A stretch of DNA of 64,000 bases from Deltaproteobacteria bacterium (GTDB taxonomy: Bacteria > Myxococcota > XYA12-FULL-58-9). Under the pieces are notes generated by a model. It did no database searches. It worked only from the letters and a program-made list of their open reading frames with translations, and was not told the origin of the DNA. Below, piece by piece: positions 9,769 to 20,600 of this stretch. The first letter of the stretch is position 1. Each line of letters opens with the position of its first letter. Both the position numbers and the translations under genes were made by a program. The DNA is taken from assembly GCA_016218825.1 (NCBI GenBank), contig JACRCV010000006.1:6797-70796 (forward strand), in the 5' to 3' direction.

Positions 9769-10875
9769 CTAGTCGCCGAGGCTCAGGATCTGCGTCGGGT
9801 CGAGGCGCAGCAAGTCTCTGAAGGTGAGCGTGCGCTCGGGATGCAAGTACAACTCCAGCGCATCCCCTTTGAGGGTCCCGGCCAACACGTCGCGCTCGCT
9901 TCGGCCCTGGTCCTCGAGCATCGCCGGCACGGCCCTGACCGTTTGCAGCAGGAAACCGGCTGCCTGACGCAACATCATCGCGTGCTCCTGGACGGCCGCG
10001 TCCACGTCACCGTCGAAGACCTCGGCCTCCGCGAGACGAACGTCCTCGGGCAACTCCTGCCATGCCTGGGCAACGAAGCTCTTGTCGACAGCTCCCAGCA
10101 GTTGGCCTGCGGCCCGATAGAGTCCGGTCAAGGTGACGCGCTCATCCAGGAGCGTGGCGAGCACCTCCGGAGCGCGCCTGCTCAGCAACCGCCGAACCGC
10201 GGTATCCGCCGGCCCGGCCTTCTGGGCGGCGGCGAAATCCGGGTCCGCCTGGAACGCCGCCATGACCGCTTCCCCCGCGAGCTCGGTGCGGCGCTCCGCG
10301 TCCCGTGGGAGCTTCGTGCCCACGGCCAGGAAGTAGGCGTCGGTCAACGCCTTCTCGATGGCGGCGGGGCTGCGGTCGCCAAGATCCACGGCGCCGACGT
10401 TGATCGGGTACTCCTGGCCGCGCTTGGGCTCGAACGAGACCGCGTATCGCGAGGGCGAGTCCGTCGCCGTCATTCGAACGGCGATCGGCTCACCGGAAAG
10501 CGGCAGGAGTCGCGAAGCGAACTTTCGCATGCCATCGACCAGGTTGCGGTTCGCGGCGGTGTCCATGCTCGGCACCGCCGTCGACTTTGCGCTCTTCCGG
10601 CCGAATTGGACCCCGAACCCTCCGGGGGGCGCGAGGCCGCTCATGCGCTCCCACACCGCGGCGCCATCGGCGCCGGTGGTCTTGCGATGCACATCGGCGA
10701 CGCCATCGCCGGTGGTGTCGGCAAAGATGAGGTGGCTACCTTCATCCCACTCGCCGCGATACTCGTTGCTGCGGTCGGCGAGGTGAGCAGCCGGCTCGGC
10801 CTCGGCGGTGCCGGGTGACGCGCTGGATACCGAGGAAGGTGCGAGGACTGCCGGACGCTTGGTGACGGGATCCAC
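9769..10875 (-). CDS. Hypothetical protein (368 aa), no recognised domain, no signal peptide
   Basis: GTG 10875 follows AAGGAG; Ser/Ala/Pro-rich N-terminus, then a protein-like helical body. Confidence 0.65.
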   Translation of the reverse strand: MDPVTKRPAVLAPSSVSSASPGTAEAEPAAHLADRSNEYRGEWDEGSHLIFADTTGDGVADVHRKTTGADGAAVWERMSGLAPPGGFGVQFGRKSAKSTAVPSMDTAANRNLVDGMRKFASRLLPLSGEPIAVRMTATDSPSRYAVSFEPKRGQEYPINVGAVDLGDRSPAAIEKALTDAYFLAVGTKLPRDAERRTELAGEAVMAAFQADPDFAAAQKAGPADTAVRRLLSRRAPEVLATLLDERVTLTGLYRAAGQLLGAVDKSFVAQAWQELPEDVRLAEAEVFDGDVDAAVQEHAMMLRQAAGFLLQTVRAVPAMLEDQGRSERDVLAGTLKGDALELYLHPERTLTFRDLLRLDPTQILSLGD

Positions 10876-11154
10876 GATGGGTCTCCTTCCCTTTCGGTGA
10901 ACGGGGTCCGCCGCGGGGCCTCTGCCCACCGGTCGGTCGCCGCTCTCGATTACCAAGCAAGCCGCGTGCCCGATCACCGCCGGAAGGAATCTGCACGCGA
11001 TTCGGTAGTTGTGGCCGCCGACGGCGAGGCGCGCGACGCCGGGCGGTGGCTTCGAGAGCCCGGACGTCCTCGGTCGGCTCGACGTGCGCGGAGGCTTGCC
11101 GATCGACGTCCCGACGCGGTACCAGGCACTTGGTGGAGGCACCTGGAGGTCTAC

Positions 11155-11775
11155 GTGGTCCGTTCTCGTTTCGTCGTCCCGGGTCCCGACCTGCGCTTGG
11201 AGACCTTGCTCTCCACGTACCAGGTCGGGGGGCTCCTACAGGTCGATCCGGTTACGGTCGGGCGATGGATGCAACGCAACAACCAGCCGTTCTCCCGTAC
11301 CCAGGGCGGCCACCGGCGCATCACCGTCGCCACGGTGCTCGCGCTCGCCAAGGCGCACGACGTCGCGGTGCCCGCGGTGCTGCGCCACCTCGTTCGGCCG
11401 TCCATCGTATTCGTCGACGACGAGCCGCGCGAGCTCAAGAGCGTCACCCGCCTGCTGCAGCCCCACGCCGCGCGGGTCGCGTTTCACGCCGCCGACAACG
11501 CGATCGACGGGCTGCTGAAGATCGGCGAGGTCCAACCCACCCTCGTCATCCTCGACGTCGTCATGCCGGGCCTGAACGGCATCGAAGCCTGCCGGCGCAT
11601 CCGCGCCACGCCGTCTCTCAAAGCCACCAGGGTCCTGATGGTCAGCGCCAACATGACCGAGGCGATCGAGCGCGACGCCCTGGCCGCCGGCGCCGACCGC
11701 TGCTTGAACAAGCCGCTCGCGGTACGCGACATCCTGGCGCTCTTGGGGGTCGCGACGCGAGCCGAAGATCTTTGA
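11155..11775 (+). CDS. Excisionase/MerR-like HTH plus receiver-domain response regulator
   Basis: LLSTYQVGGLLQVDPVTVGRWM..RTQGGHRRI HTH; receiver FVDDE, LDVVMP, VSA, KP. GTG 11155 follows GGAGGT. Confidence 0.88.
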   Translation: MVRSRFVVPGPDLRLETLLSTYQVGGLLQVDPVTVGRWMQRNNQPFSRTQGGHRRITVATVLALAKAHDVAVPAVLRHLVRPSIVFVDDEPRELKSVTRLLQPHAARVAFHAADNAIDGLLKIGEVQPTLVILDVVMPGLNGIEACRRIRATPSLKATRVLMVSANMTEAIERDALAAGADRCLNKPLAVRDILALLGVATRAEDL

Positions 11776-11806
11776 AGGAACGACCCCGCCGCGACACTAA
11801 GATACG

Positions 11807-12484
11807 GTGGCGAGCGCTGTCGCAACCTCTGGCATCGTAGGGAGGGTGTCGCCCCGCGTGATCGAGACTGCCGCCAAACCCGCGTCGCTCGCCGCCGCGG
11901 CGAACAGCGACCTGGTCGCGACCCTCGCGAGGCGCAGCCAGGACGGCGACGCCGAGGCGACCCGGCAGCTCTTCGACCTCCTGGTCGCGGACGTGCACCG
12001 CATCGTCTGGCGGCTCTTGGGGCCCGACCCCGAGCACGAGGACGTCTGCCAGAGCGTCCTGGTCGCGGTGCACCAGGCCCTCGCGGGCTTCCGCCACCAG
12101 AGCCAGCTCTCCACCTGGCTGTATCGCATCTGCATCCGCACCGCCGCCCGCCACCGTCGGAAGGCCTTCCGCTTCCGGCGCTTGTTCGCCGGCCCCGAGG
12201 CCGCAGCGGCCGAGCCCGCGACCCCCGACCCGAGCCCCGAGGAACGAGTCGCGAACCGCGAACGAGCCGCGGCCGCGCGCGCCGCGCTGTTCCGCATGGG
12301 CGCCCGCAAACGCACCGTCTACCAGCTCGTCGAGCTCGAGGGGCTCGCCCCCGACCAAGTCGCCGCCATCGTCGACGCGCCCCTCGCCACCGTCCACACC
12401 CGGCTGTTCCACGCCCGCCGCGAGCTGGCGCGGGCTCTGTGCCGTCACGATGCCAGAGAGGCAGGTCAACATGCAGACGCCTAG
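11807..12484 (+). CDS. ECF RNA polymerase sigma factor
   Basis: Region 2 HEDVCQSVLV..STWLYRI; region 4 LVELEGL..VAAIVDAPLATVHTRLFHARREL; exact start uncertain. Confidence 0.9.
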   Translation: MASAVATSGIVGRVSPRVIETAAKPASLAAAANSDLVATLARRSQDGDAEATRQLFDLLVADVHRIVWRLLGPDPEHEDVCQSVLVAVHQALAGFRHQSQLSTWLYRICIRTAARHRRKAFRFRRLFAGPEAAAAEPATPDPSPEERVANRERAAAARAALFRMGARKRTVYQLVELEGLAPDQVAAIVDAPLATVHTRLFHARRELARALCRHDAREAGQHADA

Positions 12485-13787
12485 AGACCCGATGCCTGCG
12501 GAGGAGGTGCGCCGGAGCCTCCAGGCCGCGCCGCCGCCGTTCACCCCGGCGGCGCGCGCCCGCATCGTCGACGGGGCGCTGGCGCGAGTCGCGAAACGAC
12601 AGCGTCGTCCGTGGCTGGTGTTGCTCCCGGCCGCGGCCGCGCTCGCCGGGCTGGTCGCGCTCCTGTTGCGGCCGGCGCCCGAGCTCGGCGCGCCGTTTCC
12701 GGCGGCGGCCGGCGGCGACTTGATCCCCATCGGCGAGGTGGTGGCGGTGGCCGGGCTCGCGGCGGTGAAGGCGCCGCTTGCCGACGGCGAGCGACCGGCC
12801 CGCGCCGGCAACGCGATCGACAACCACAGCACCGTGACCACCGGGGCGGGGTCGGGCGTCGAGATTCTCTTCGACCGCCGCTTCCGGATCTTCTTCGAAG
12901 CCCAAAGCCAGGGCGAGGTCTCCTATAGAGGTGTCGAGGTGACCGCGAGCCTGACCGAGGGCGCCATCGTCGTCCACGTCGACGCCCGCCGCCCTTTCGA
13001 AGAGCTCCAGGTTCAGGCCGGCCCGGTCACGGTCGCGGTGCGCGGCACCCGCTTCCGGGTCGAACGCCACGCCGCCGAGGTCACCGTGGCGCTGGAGTCC
13101 GGCGCCCTCCAGGTGCGCGGGCCCGGTCAACCGTCGTTGTCCCTCGCCGCCGGACAACAGGTGCGCTTCGGCGCGGCGCCGGTCGCGGTCTCGGCGCTGC
13201 TGCCCGAGATCGCGGCCGAGATCCGCGCACCCCGTGCACCCACCCCGTCGCGTCAACCCGGAAGCCCCGCGCCGGCGCCGACCGGCGCGGTCCGGGACCC
13301 GCCGCCGGCGGTGTCGCCGGCCGAGGCGCGCCCGGACCCGTACGCGCTCGCCCGCGCCCGCTTCTTCGACCGGGACTACGAGGGCACCGTCCAGGTGCTC
13401 GCCGTGTGGCTCGCCACCCTGAAGCCGGGCGCCGAGCCCAGAGCCCGGCTGCTGCTCGCCGACGCGCTCCGCTTGTCGCACCGCGACGGCGAGGCCCTCA
13501 CCCGCTACGAGGAGCTGCAGGACGCCGAGCGCTCGGTCGCCGAGCCGGCGCTGTTCGAGGCCGTGCGGTTGAAGCTGACGCGCGGCGATCTGCTCGGGGC
13601 CCTCACCGATTGCGGCATCTACCGCCGGCGGTTCCCCGCCGGGGTGCTGCTCCCGGAGATCACCGAGGTGGTGCTGGCGCATGCCGACTGCGGGTCCGCG
13701 AAGAAGTTCGTCGCCGGGCTGTCGACCGAAACCTGGAGCAACCGAACCCGGGCGGCGGCGCAAAGCTTCGCCGAGCGCTGCCCGTAA
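12471..13787 (+). CDS. FecR-family anti-sigma factor with C-terminal TPR-like helices
   Basis: Single TM segment, FecR strand pattern (VAVRGTRFRV..VALESGALQV), Pro-rich linker, helical TPR-like tail; overlaps the sigma stop. Confidence 0.85.
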   Translation: MQTPRDPMPAEEVRRSLQAAPPPFTPAARARIVDGALARVAKRQRRPWLVLLPAAAALAGLVALLLRPAPELGAPFPAAAGGDLIPIGEVVAVAGLAAVKAPLADGERPARAGNAIDNHSTVTTGAGSGVEILFDRRFRIFFEAQSQGEVSYRGVEVTASLTEGAIVVHVDARRPFEELQVQAGPVTVAVRGTRFRVERHAAEVTVALESGALQVRGPGQPSLSLAAGQQVRFGAAPVAVSALLPEIAAEIRAPRAPTPSRQPGSPAPAPTGAVRDPPPAVSPAEARPDPYALARARFFDRDYEGTVQVLAVWLATLKPGAEPRARLLLADALRLSHRDGEALTRYEELQDAERSVAEPALFEAVRLKLTRGDLLGALTDCGIYRRRFPAGVLLPEITEVVLAHADCGSAKKFVAGLSTETWSNRTRAAAQSFAERCP

Positions 13788-13877
13788 CCGCGCGGGTGCC
13801 GGGAGCGGCCGGATCTTTTCTTGAAGACCAACGAGGCGGCGGCCACAGATGGTGCGGACCCGATGAGGAGGACGACG

Positions 13878-15107
13878 ATGGAATGGCGGACCGTGGCAGC
13901 GCTCACCCTCTCTGTGGCACTGATGACGCCGGCGTGCCGGCAAGACCTGAGCCTCGACGAAGCGACCGAGACGCTCGTCGGGCCCGACGGCGGCGTCGCC
14001 TACAGCGCCGACGGCAGGGTGACGCTCAGCGTCCCGGCGGGGGCGCTCTCGGAGCTGACGCGGGTCACGGTCGAGCCTCTTGCGACCAAGCCTCAGGGGG
14101 CGGTGAGCCGGCTCTATCGCTTCGGGCCCGACGGTCTCGGGTTCGCGGTCCCGGTGACGCTGCGCCTGCGGCTCGAGCCGGGCGCGAACCGCGTGCCGGC
14201 GGCGTCGCGTCTGTTCGCGCTCGCGTCAGTGGTCGGTGACGCACCGGTGTTGCTCGCGGACGGCGCCTACGATGCAGCGACGGGTGAGGCCGAGGCGGGT
14301 CTGCTGCACTTCTCGGTCTACGGGGTCTTCGATTTCGGCTGCGACGCGGCGCCGGGCGGTTGCCTGGAGATTTGCCCCGCCGCGGTCCCGCTCGCCGCTT
14401 CGGACACCCCGTGTCTGTGCGAGGGCGCGGTGGCGGGCGCGGCCTCCATCGTCGGGCCCGAGGCGGTGGGTTGCTCCTGTCGTGCCGGGGTCGGGGTCGA
14501 GTGTCCGGCCCAGTGCACGCCGGGCGTCGACGGTGACGCGTTGTGTGCCGGGAGTGTCGGGGACGGGTACGTCTGCTGGGAGGGGCAATGTCTCGCGGTG
14601 CCCGACGCGCAGGTGCAGATCCAGCTCACTTGGGACGACGCCACGAACGATCAAGACTTGCACCTCGTCGCCATCGACCACGACCCGGCTCTCTGCACGG
14701 TCACCTGGGACTGTTATTGGAGGAACCGGACGCCGGAGTGGTACGCGGCGGCGGCCGCCGAGGTCGGGCCGAACCCGCACATGGACATCGACGACACCAA
14801 CGGCCTCGGGCCGGAGAACATCAACATCGACGCGATGGGCGTCGATCGCTATCGGATCTTCGTGCACTACTACCAGGGGTTCAGCGGTGCCGCGCCCACT
14901 CGAAACACCGTCAAGGTCTACGTCGACGGCGCGCTCGTGCTCGACGCCTCCCGTACGCTCACCGACGGTCACGTGTGGGCGGTGGCGACCATCAGCCGCG
15001 CCGCGGGCGCCTCGCCGAGCATCGAAGAGTATCCGAGCGACGCCGCGGATCAGGTGGGCGCGGTCGCGACGATGGCCAAGTGCGACACGCCGTTTGTTTT
15101 TCCCTGA
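13878..15107 (+). CDS. Putative lipoprotein: ZU5-like domain, Cys-rich linker, YfaP/DUF2135-like C-terminal domain
   Basis: ATG after AGGAGG; signal peptide ending TPAC; GPDGG..LSVPAGAL..FGPDG; IQLTWD..DQDLHLV..DIDDTNGLGPENINI..YRIFVHYY. Confidence 0.78.
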   Translation: MEWRTVAALTLSVALMTPACRQDLSLDEATETLVGPDGGVAYSADGRVTLSVPAGALSELTRVTVEPLATKPQGAVSRLYRFGPDGLGFAVPVTLRLRLEPGANRVPAASRLFALASVVGDAPVLLADGAYDAATGEAEAGLLHFSVYGVFDFGCDAAPGGCLEICPAAVPLAASDTPCLCEGAVAGAASIVGPEAVGCSCRAGVGVECPAQCTPGVDGDALCAGSVGDGYVCWEGQCLAVPDAQVQIQLTWDDATNDQDLHLVAIDHDPALCTVTWDCYWRNRTPEWYAAAAAEVGPNPHMDIDDTNGLGPENINIDAMGVDRYRIFVHYYQGFSGAAPTRNTVKVYVDGALVLDASRTLTDGHVWAVATISRAAGASPSIEEYPSDAADQVGAVATMAKCDTPFVFP

Positions 15108-15162
15108 GCGCTTACGGCATCGCAGAGGGCCAGGCGGTGCATGCACCGCTGTACTCGGACAC

Positions 15163-15317
15163 GGCCGCGCGCGCACCGCAGTGGGGGGCCGCGAGCCGGA
15201 GGTCATGCGCGTGTCGAAGCCGCTGCCGCGATTCGGTACTTCTCGTCATCGACGCACGGCCACATCGAAGGCGCCGTCGAAGGCGAGGGGTGCCCCCCGA
15301 GGAGCACAGTGCGGCCG
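15163..15317. repeat. Dispersed intergenic repeat family A, copy 2 (inverted relative to copy 1)
   Basis: ggccgcgc..cgcagtggggggccgcga...ggtgccccccga..cagtgcggccg matches the reverse complement of 6073-6231. Confidence 0.7.
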
Positions 15318-15359
15318 TTTCTGCTGCTGTTTGCGGCGGAGGTCGCATCGGCGCGGGTC

Positions 15360-15878
15360 TCACGACGGGCGCTGCAGCTCCACCTTGTGAGTGCCGAGCC
15401 GGTCGTGCACGGCCTCGAACGCTCGCGTCAGCTCGCCGCCGTCGGGGACGTCGGAGAGCAGCAGCACTTCGTGCAGGCCGGGGCCCTGGAGCTCGACGCG
15501 GCGAAACGCGCCGCGGGCGCGGTACTCTTCGGAGAAGAACTGCAGGCGCACGTGCCAGTCGGCGAGCGGCGCTTCGCTGTGTCGGGTGCGCCACTTGTCG
15601 GGGCGGGTGCGGGAGATGGTGCCGAGGTCTTGGTCGATCACCAGGGAGCCGGGGCGGACATAGAGGGAGATTAGCCACGCAAACCCGACGAGCGCCGCGA
15701 CGCCGCAGAGGACGATGGCGGCGTAGAGCTCGGCGTCGGCGAACGGTACGTGGAAGAAGGTGGCGGTCTCGTCTTTGAGGGCTTCGTACAAGATCTCGCC
15801 GCCGGCGATGAAGCTCATCAGAGCCAGCACCCAGGCCGGGCCGGTGGGAGAGCGAACCGGGATCGAAACGCGGGACAT
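15360..15878 (-). CDS. Hypothetical membrane protein (2 TM segments plus soluble beta domain)
   Basis: ATG 15878; hydrophobic WVLALMSFIAGG and YAAIVLCGVAALVGFAWLISLYV. Confidence 0.65.
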   Translation of the reverse strand: MSRVSIPVRSPTGPAWVLALMSFIAGGEILYEALKDETATFFHVPFADAELYAAIVLCGVAALVGFAWLISLYVRPGSLVIDQDLGTISRTRPDKWRTRHSEAPLADWHVRLQFFSEEYRARGAFRRVELQGPGLHEVLLLSDVPDGGELTRAFEAVHDRLGTHKVELQRPS

Positions 15879-16108
15879 GAAGCACCTACCGTCGTTGGCC
15901 GGCGCCATACCACATCTCGATCGCCGCCGGGGGGTGGAATCGGCCGCGGCCGCGATTGGACGGTATAGCGGCGAGCTATGGAGTAGGCCACACCTTGACG
16001 GACCAATGCCGGGGGTGTTTAAGGGTTCGCAATTCAGCCTTTGCCACGGAGCCTCGAGCTCCAGGACGAGTCGTTTTGGGACACCGAACCTCCAAGGAGA
16101 AGAAGAAG

Positions 16109-17419
16109 ATGGCACTCAAAGACAAGCTGTTCAGCAAGATCGAGGCCTGGCGGCCGCGCATCAAGACGCTGCTCAAGGACCACGGTGAAGTGAAGATTGA
16201 CGAAGTGACCATCGAGAAGTGCATCGGTGGGGCGCGCGACGTCAAGTCTCTCGTGACCGACATCTCCTACCTCGACCCGCAAGAGGGCATCCGCTTCCGC
16301 GGCATGACGATCCCCGAGGCGATGGAGAAGCTGCCGAAGGTGCCGGGCTCGGAGATGCCGTACGTCGAGGGTCACTTCTACCTGCTGTTGACCGGCGAAG
16401 TGCCGACCAAGAAAGAGGTCGAGGAGGTCGCGGCGGAGTTCAAGAAGCGCTCGCACGTGCCGCAGTACGTCTACGACATCCTGCGGACGATGCCGCGCGA
16501 CAGCCATCCGATGGTGATGTTCTCGACCGCGATCTTGGCGATGCAGCGCGAGTCGATCTTCTGCCGCAAGTACACCGACGGCATGAACAAGAACGACTAC
16601 TGGGATCCGACCTATGAGGACGCGATGAACCTCATGGCGAAGCTCCCGCCGATCGCGGCCTACATCTACCGCATGAAGTACAAGGGCGACACCCACATCG
16701 CGCCGAACGCCGACCTCGATCTGGGCGGCAACTTCGCGCACATGATGGGCGTCCAGAAGCCCTACGACGACGTCTCCCGCATGTACTTCATCCTGCACTC
16801 GGATCACGAGTCCGGGAACGTCTCGGCGCACACCGGCCACCTCGTGGCCTCGGCGCTCTCCGACGTCTATTACTCCTACTCGGCGGCGATCAACGGCCTC
16901 GCGGGCCCGCTGCACGGCCTCGCGAACCAGGAAGTGCTGCACTGGATCCAGAACGTGATGGAGAAGCTCGGCGGCAAGGTGCCGACCAAGGACGAGCTCG
17001 AGAAGTTCCTCTGGGACACGCTGAACTCCGGGCAGGTCATCCCCGGCTACGGGCACGCGGTCTTGCGCAAGACCGATCCGCGCTACACCGCGCAGATGGA
17101 GTTCTGCAAGAAGCACTTGCCGGACTACCCGATGTTCAAGCTGGTCAACATGATCTACGAGGTGGCCCCGGGCGTCTTGACCAAGCAGGGCAAGGCCAAG
17201 AATCCGTGGCCCAACGTCGACGCGCAGTCCGGCGTCATCCAGTGGTACTACGGAGTCACCGACTACGACTTCTACACCGTGCTGTTCGGCGTCGGCCGCG
17301 CGCTCGGCGTGCTGTCGAACATCGTCTGGGACCGCGGCTTGGGCTACGCGCTCGAGCGCCCGAAGTCGGTCACCACCGAGATGCTCGAGAAGTGGGCCAA
17401 GGAAGGCGCCAAGAAGTAG
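16109..17419 (+). CDS. gltA: Citrate (Si)-synthase, eukaryote-like/Geobacter type
   Basis: SYLDPQEGIRFRG, HSDHESGNVSAH, NGLAGPLHGLANQEV, PGYGHAVLRKTDPR, WPNVDAQSG; RBS AAGGAG. Confidence 0.96.
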   Translation: MALKDKLFSKIEAWRPRIKTLLKDHGEVKIDEVTIEKCIGGARDVKSLVTDISYLDPQEGIRFRGMTIPEAMEKLPKVPGSEMPYVEGHFYLLLTGEVPTKKEVEEVAAEFKKRSHVPQYVYDILRTMPRDSHPMVMFSTAILAMQRESIFCRKYTDGMNKNDYWDPTYEDAMNLMAKLPPIAAYIYRMKYKGDTHIAPNADLDLGGNFAHMMGVQKPYDDVSRMYFILHSDHESGNVSAHTGHLVASALSDVYYSYSAAINGLAGPLHGLANQEVLHWIQNVMEKLGGKVPTKDELEKFLWDTLNSGQVIPGYGHAVLRKTDPRYTAQMEFCKKHLPDYPMFKLVNMIYEVAPGVLTKQGKAKNPWPNVDAQSGVIQWYYGVTDYDFYTVLFGVGRALGVLSNIVWDRGLGYALERPKSVTTEMLEKWAKEGAKK

Positions 17420-17485
17420 CCGGCAGCACACGCGTCCCCCGTTCCCTATTTCCCTAGGGGCCCGGGGGATGGTGTTTGATCACGA

Positions 17486-17521
17486 GGGGGCGCCCTGACC
17501 CGGCGTCCCCTTCCCTTTTTT
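17486..17521 (+). terminator. Intrinsic terminator after gltA
   Basis: GGGGGCGCC/GGCGTCCCC stem followed by ttcccTTTTTT. Confidence 0.6.
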
Positions 17522-17691
17522 AGTGGCGCAGCGGCGCGCGACTACGTTATGTAGGCGTCGAGCCTCTGGCTGTGCCAGGGCGAGGTGCGGGGGCGCGGGG
17601 GGACGCAGAGTTCCGGCGCTCCGGCCCCGGACGAGGCGCGGCGTTTCAGCCGGCGGGCGGTCCCCCCGATAGAATGGAGCAGCGCCCGGTG

Positions 17692-20600
17692 ATGTGGCGG
17701 AGGTGTGCAGTGCTCAAGCTCGCGATGGCGTTCGTCTTGGTGCTGGTCGGTTGCTCGGTAAAAGTCCCCAGCCCGGACGACGGGGCGTTTGCGTGCAACG
17801 ACAGCTCCGACTGTGCTTCGGGCTACTACTGCAACGATCAGCGTTGCCAGAAGAACGGCCCCTGCACCGGCGCGTCCTGCAACCAGGGCGCGGCTCTCGA
17901 GACCATCCTCGACTCGACGCCGCCGAATCCGAGCAACTCGCGCGACGCCTCCTTCTCGTTTCACTGGGCCGGCAGCGGCGTGGGCGCCGAGTGCAAGCTG
18001 GACTCGGAGTCGAGCTACACCGCGTGCTCGGCGCCGAAGCAATACACCGGGCTCGCGGACGGCTCGCATCACTTCGAGGTGCGCGCCAAGGACGCGAACG
18101 GCGCCGTTGACCCGACCCCCGCCGGCTACGACTGGACCATCACGACCGCGATCCCGGACACCATCATCGACACCTGGCCCGCGTCGCCGAGCTCGCCGAA
18201 CGTCAGCTTCACGTTCCACGCCACCCCGGCCACGACCACCTTCGAATGTCGGCTGGACGGCACCGCGTGGATGAGCTGCAGCTCTCCGAAGGCCTACACC
18301 GCGCTCGGCAACGGCGGTCATGTGTTCGAGGTGCGGGCCACGAGCGCCTTCGGGGCCGACCCCACGCCCGCGAGTTGGAGCTTCACCGTGACCAGCGTCG
18401 ACACCACGCCGCCGGACGCGACGGTCAGCGGGCCGGCCGCCTTCGTCGCCAGCACGACCGCGACCTTCTACTTCACCTGCAGCGAGGCCGGCTGCACCTT
18501 CACCTGCGTCGTCGACGGCGTCGGTCCCACGCCCTGCGGCGCCACGCATTCCGTCACGGTCGGGGGCGAGGGCACCCACACGCTGGCGGTCACGGCGACC
18601 GACGCCAACGGGAACCCAGATCCGTCGCCGGCCAACTACACCTGGGTCGTGGACCTGACGCCGCCCATGGTCACCGGCATCGATGGGCTGGTGTTCGGCC
18701 ATCCCACGTTCTTCCCCTACGTCCTCCAGCTCGACTCGGGGTCGGTGGTCGTCTCTTGCAGTGATGTGAACGGTTGCACCGTCACCTGTTCGTTGGACAA
18801 CCCGACCGGCGCCGGCAGCTGCGGCTCGATTCAGATCATGTCCGCCGGCGATCACGTCGTCTACGTGACCGCGACCGATGCCGCCGGCAACGCCGCGACC
18901 GAGCTGCTGTGGGTGGCGTTGTCGCCCTCCACCTGGCGCCAGGTGTCGTCCGGGGCGATGCACACCTGCGCCATCGGCTCCGGCTCCGGCTACGCCGGGA
19001 CGCTGTGGTGCTGGGGGTGGAACACCGTCAACCAGGTCGGCAGCACCCTGGCGTCAGCGAGCTCGGTGACGTTGCCGACGAATGTCATCCTGCCGCATCG
19101 GGTGGACAACGGGTCTGACTGGCAGCAAGTGAGCGCCGGCGGTTGGTTCACCTGCGGTCTCAAGGGCGCGGCCGCGCCGTTTACTCTCTATTGTTGGGGC
19201 GGCAACGAGTCCTTCCAGATGGGGAACGGCACGACGAACACCGCCACCACGCCGGTCCAGGTCGGCGACGCCGGCCACTGGTCGAGTGTCTCTGCGGGTC
19301 GGAATCATGTCTGCGCCATCGACAAGTTCCAGCACCTCCGGTGTTGGGGCATGATCGACTACTCGGGCGCGAGCGTGAGCACCTATCAGGCGCCGACGGC
19401 GATCGACGACACCAGAACCTTCGCCACGGTCTCGTCGGGAGACCGGTTCGCGTGCGGCGTCGACAGCAGCGCCAACCTTCGCTGCTTCGGCGCCGGCAAT
19501 CTGGGCCAGCTCGGCGACGGTCTCTTCACCGACTCCTCCGCCCTGCGGTTGGCGAGCACGACGAGCACCTTTTGGCAGGCGGTGGCGGCCGGCAACGCGC
19601 ACGCTTGCGCCATTCACCAGACCGGCGATGTCTACTGCTGGGGCGCCAACAACGCCGGGCAGGCTGGCGCGACCGCCGCGGGCACGCCCACCCCGTTGCC
19701 GGCCGGCACGTTCCGAAGCATCGCGGCAGGGGCGGAGCACACCTGCGCGAGCGACGGCGCCGGCAATCTCAAGTGTTGGGGTAGCAACAGCCACGGCCAG
19801 CTGGGGTTGGGCGACACCGCCAATCGGAACGCGCCGACCCAGGTTGCGACCGGCGTGTCGGTGGCGCCGCCGCCTCAGGTGATCGGCCTGGGTCAGAACC
19901 ACAGCTGCATGGTGAAGGGCGACAACACGCTCTGGTGCTGGGGCAGCCGGCACGAGGGCCAGGTGGGGAGCGGGACGTCGGGGGTCGTACCGGTGGGCGC
20001 GGCCGTGTGGGATCCGTTGTCCGCGGGCAACTTGTTGGCCAACACCGTCGCCCTCGGTGGGACCAGCACCTGCGCTGTCGACACCGCCCTGAATCTCCGC
20101 TGTTGGGGGGACAACTTCTACGGCCAGCTGGGTATCGGGTCGGCCGAGCCGCGGCAGCGGCCGGCGTTGGCGGCTGGGACGCCGGGCTACACCGCCCTGA
20201 CGCTCGGCAACCTGCACGCCTGCGGCATTCAGGCGGGCGGCGCCTATTGCTGGGGTTACGGCAATGACGGCGAGCTGGGTCTCGGTGACACCCAAGGCCG
20301 CAACCAACCGACCCGAATCGGCACGCTGAGCACCTGGACGGCGATTGCCGCCGGCTTGTATCGGACTTGCGGTATCCAGAACGAGGCGGCGAACGTCGAC
20401 AAACTGTTTTGTTGGGGCGAGGACGCTGACAGCCGTGGGCTCTTGGGGGTCGGCGCTCCGGGCACCAACCGTGTGGCGCCGACGTTGGTGCTTGGGGGCT
20501 ATCAAGACTGGGTCGCGGTGGCGCTCGGTCAGGGGCATCTGTGCGGGATCCACAAAGGCGCGGCGCCCACCGACAACACGCTCACCTGTTGGGGAAGCAA

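Noticed and set aside
15995-16023. Sigma70 promoters for gltA (TTGACG..TTTAAG) and the kinase (TTGACA at 29232)
   Set aside because: Good -35 elements but no convincing -10 at 16-18 nt spacing.
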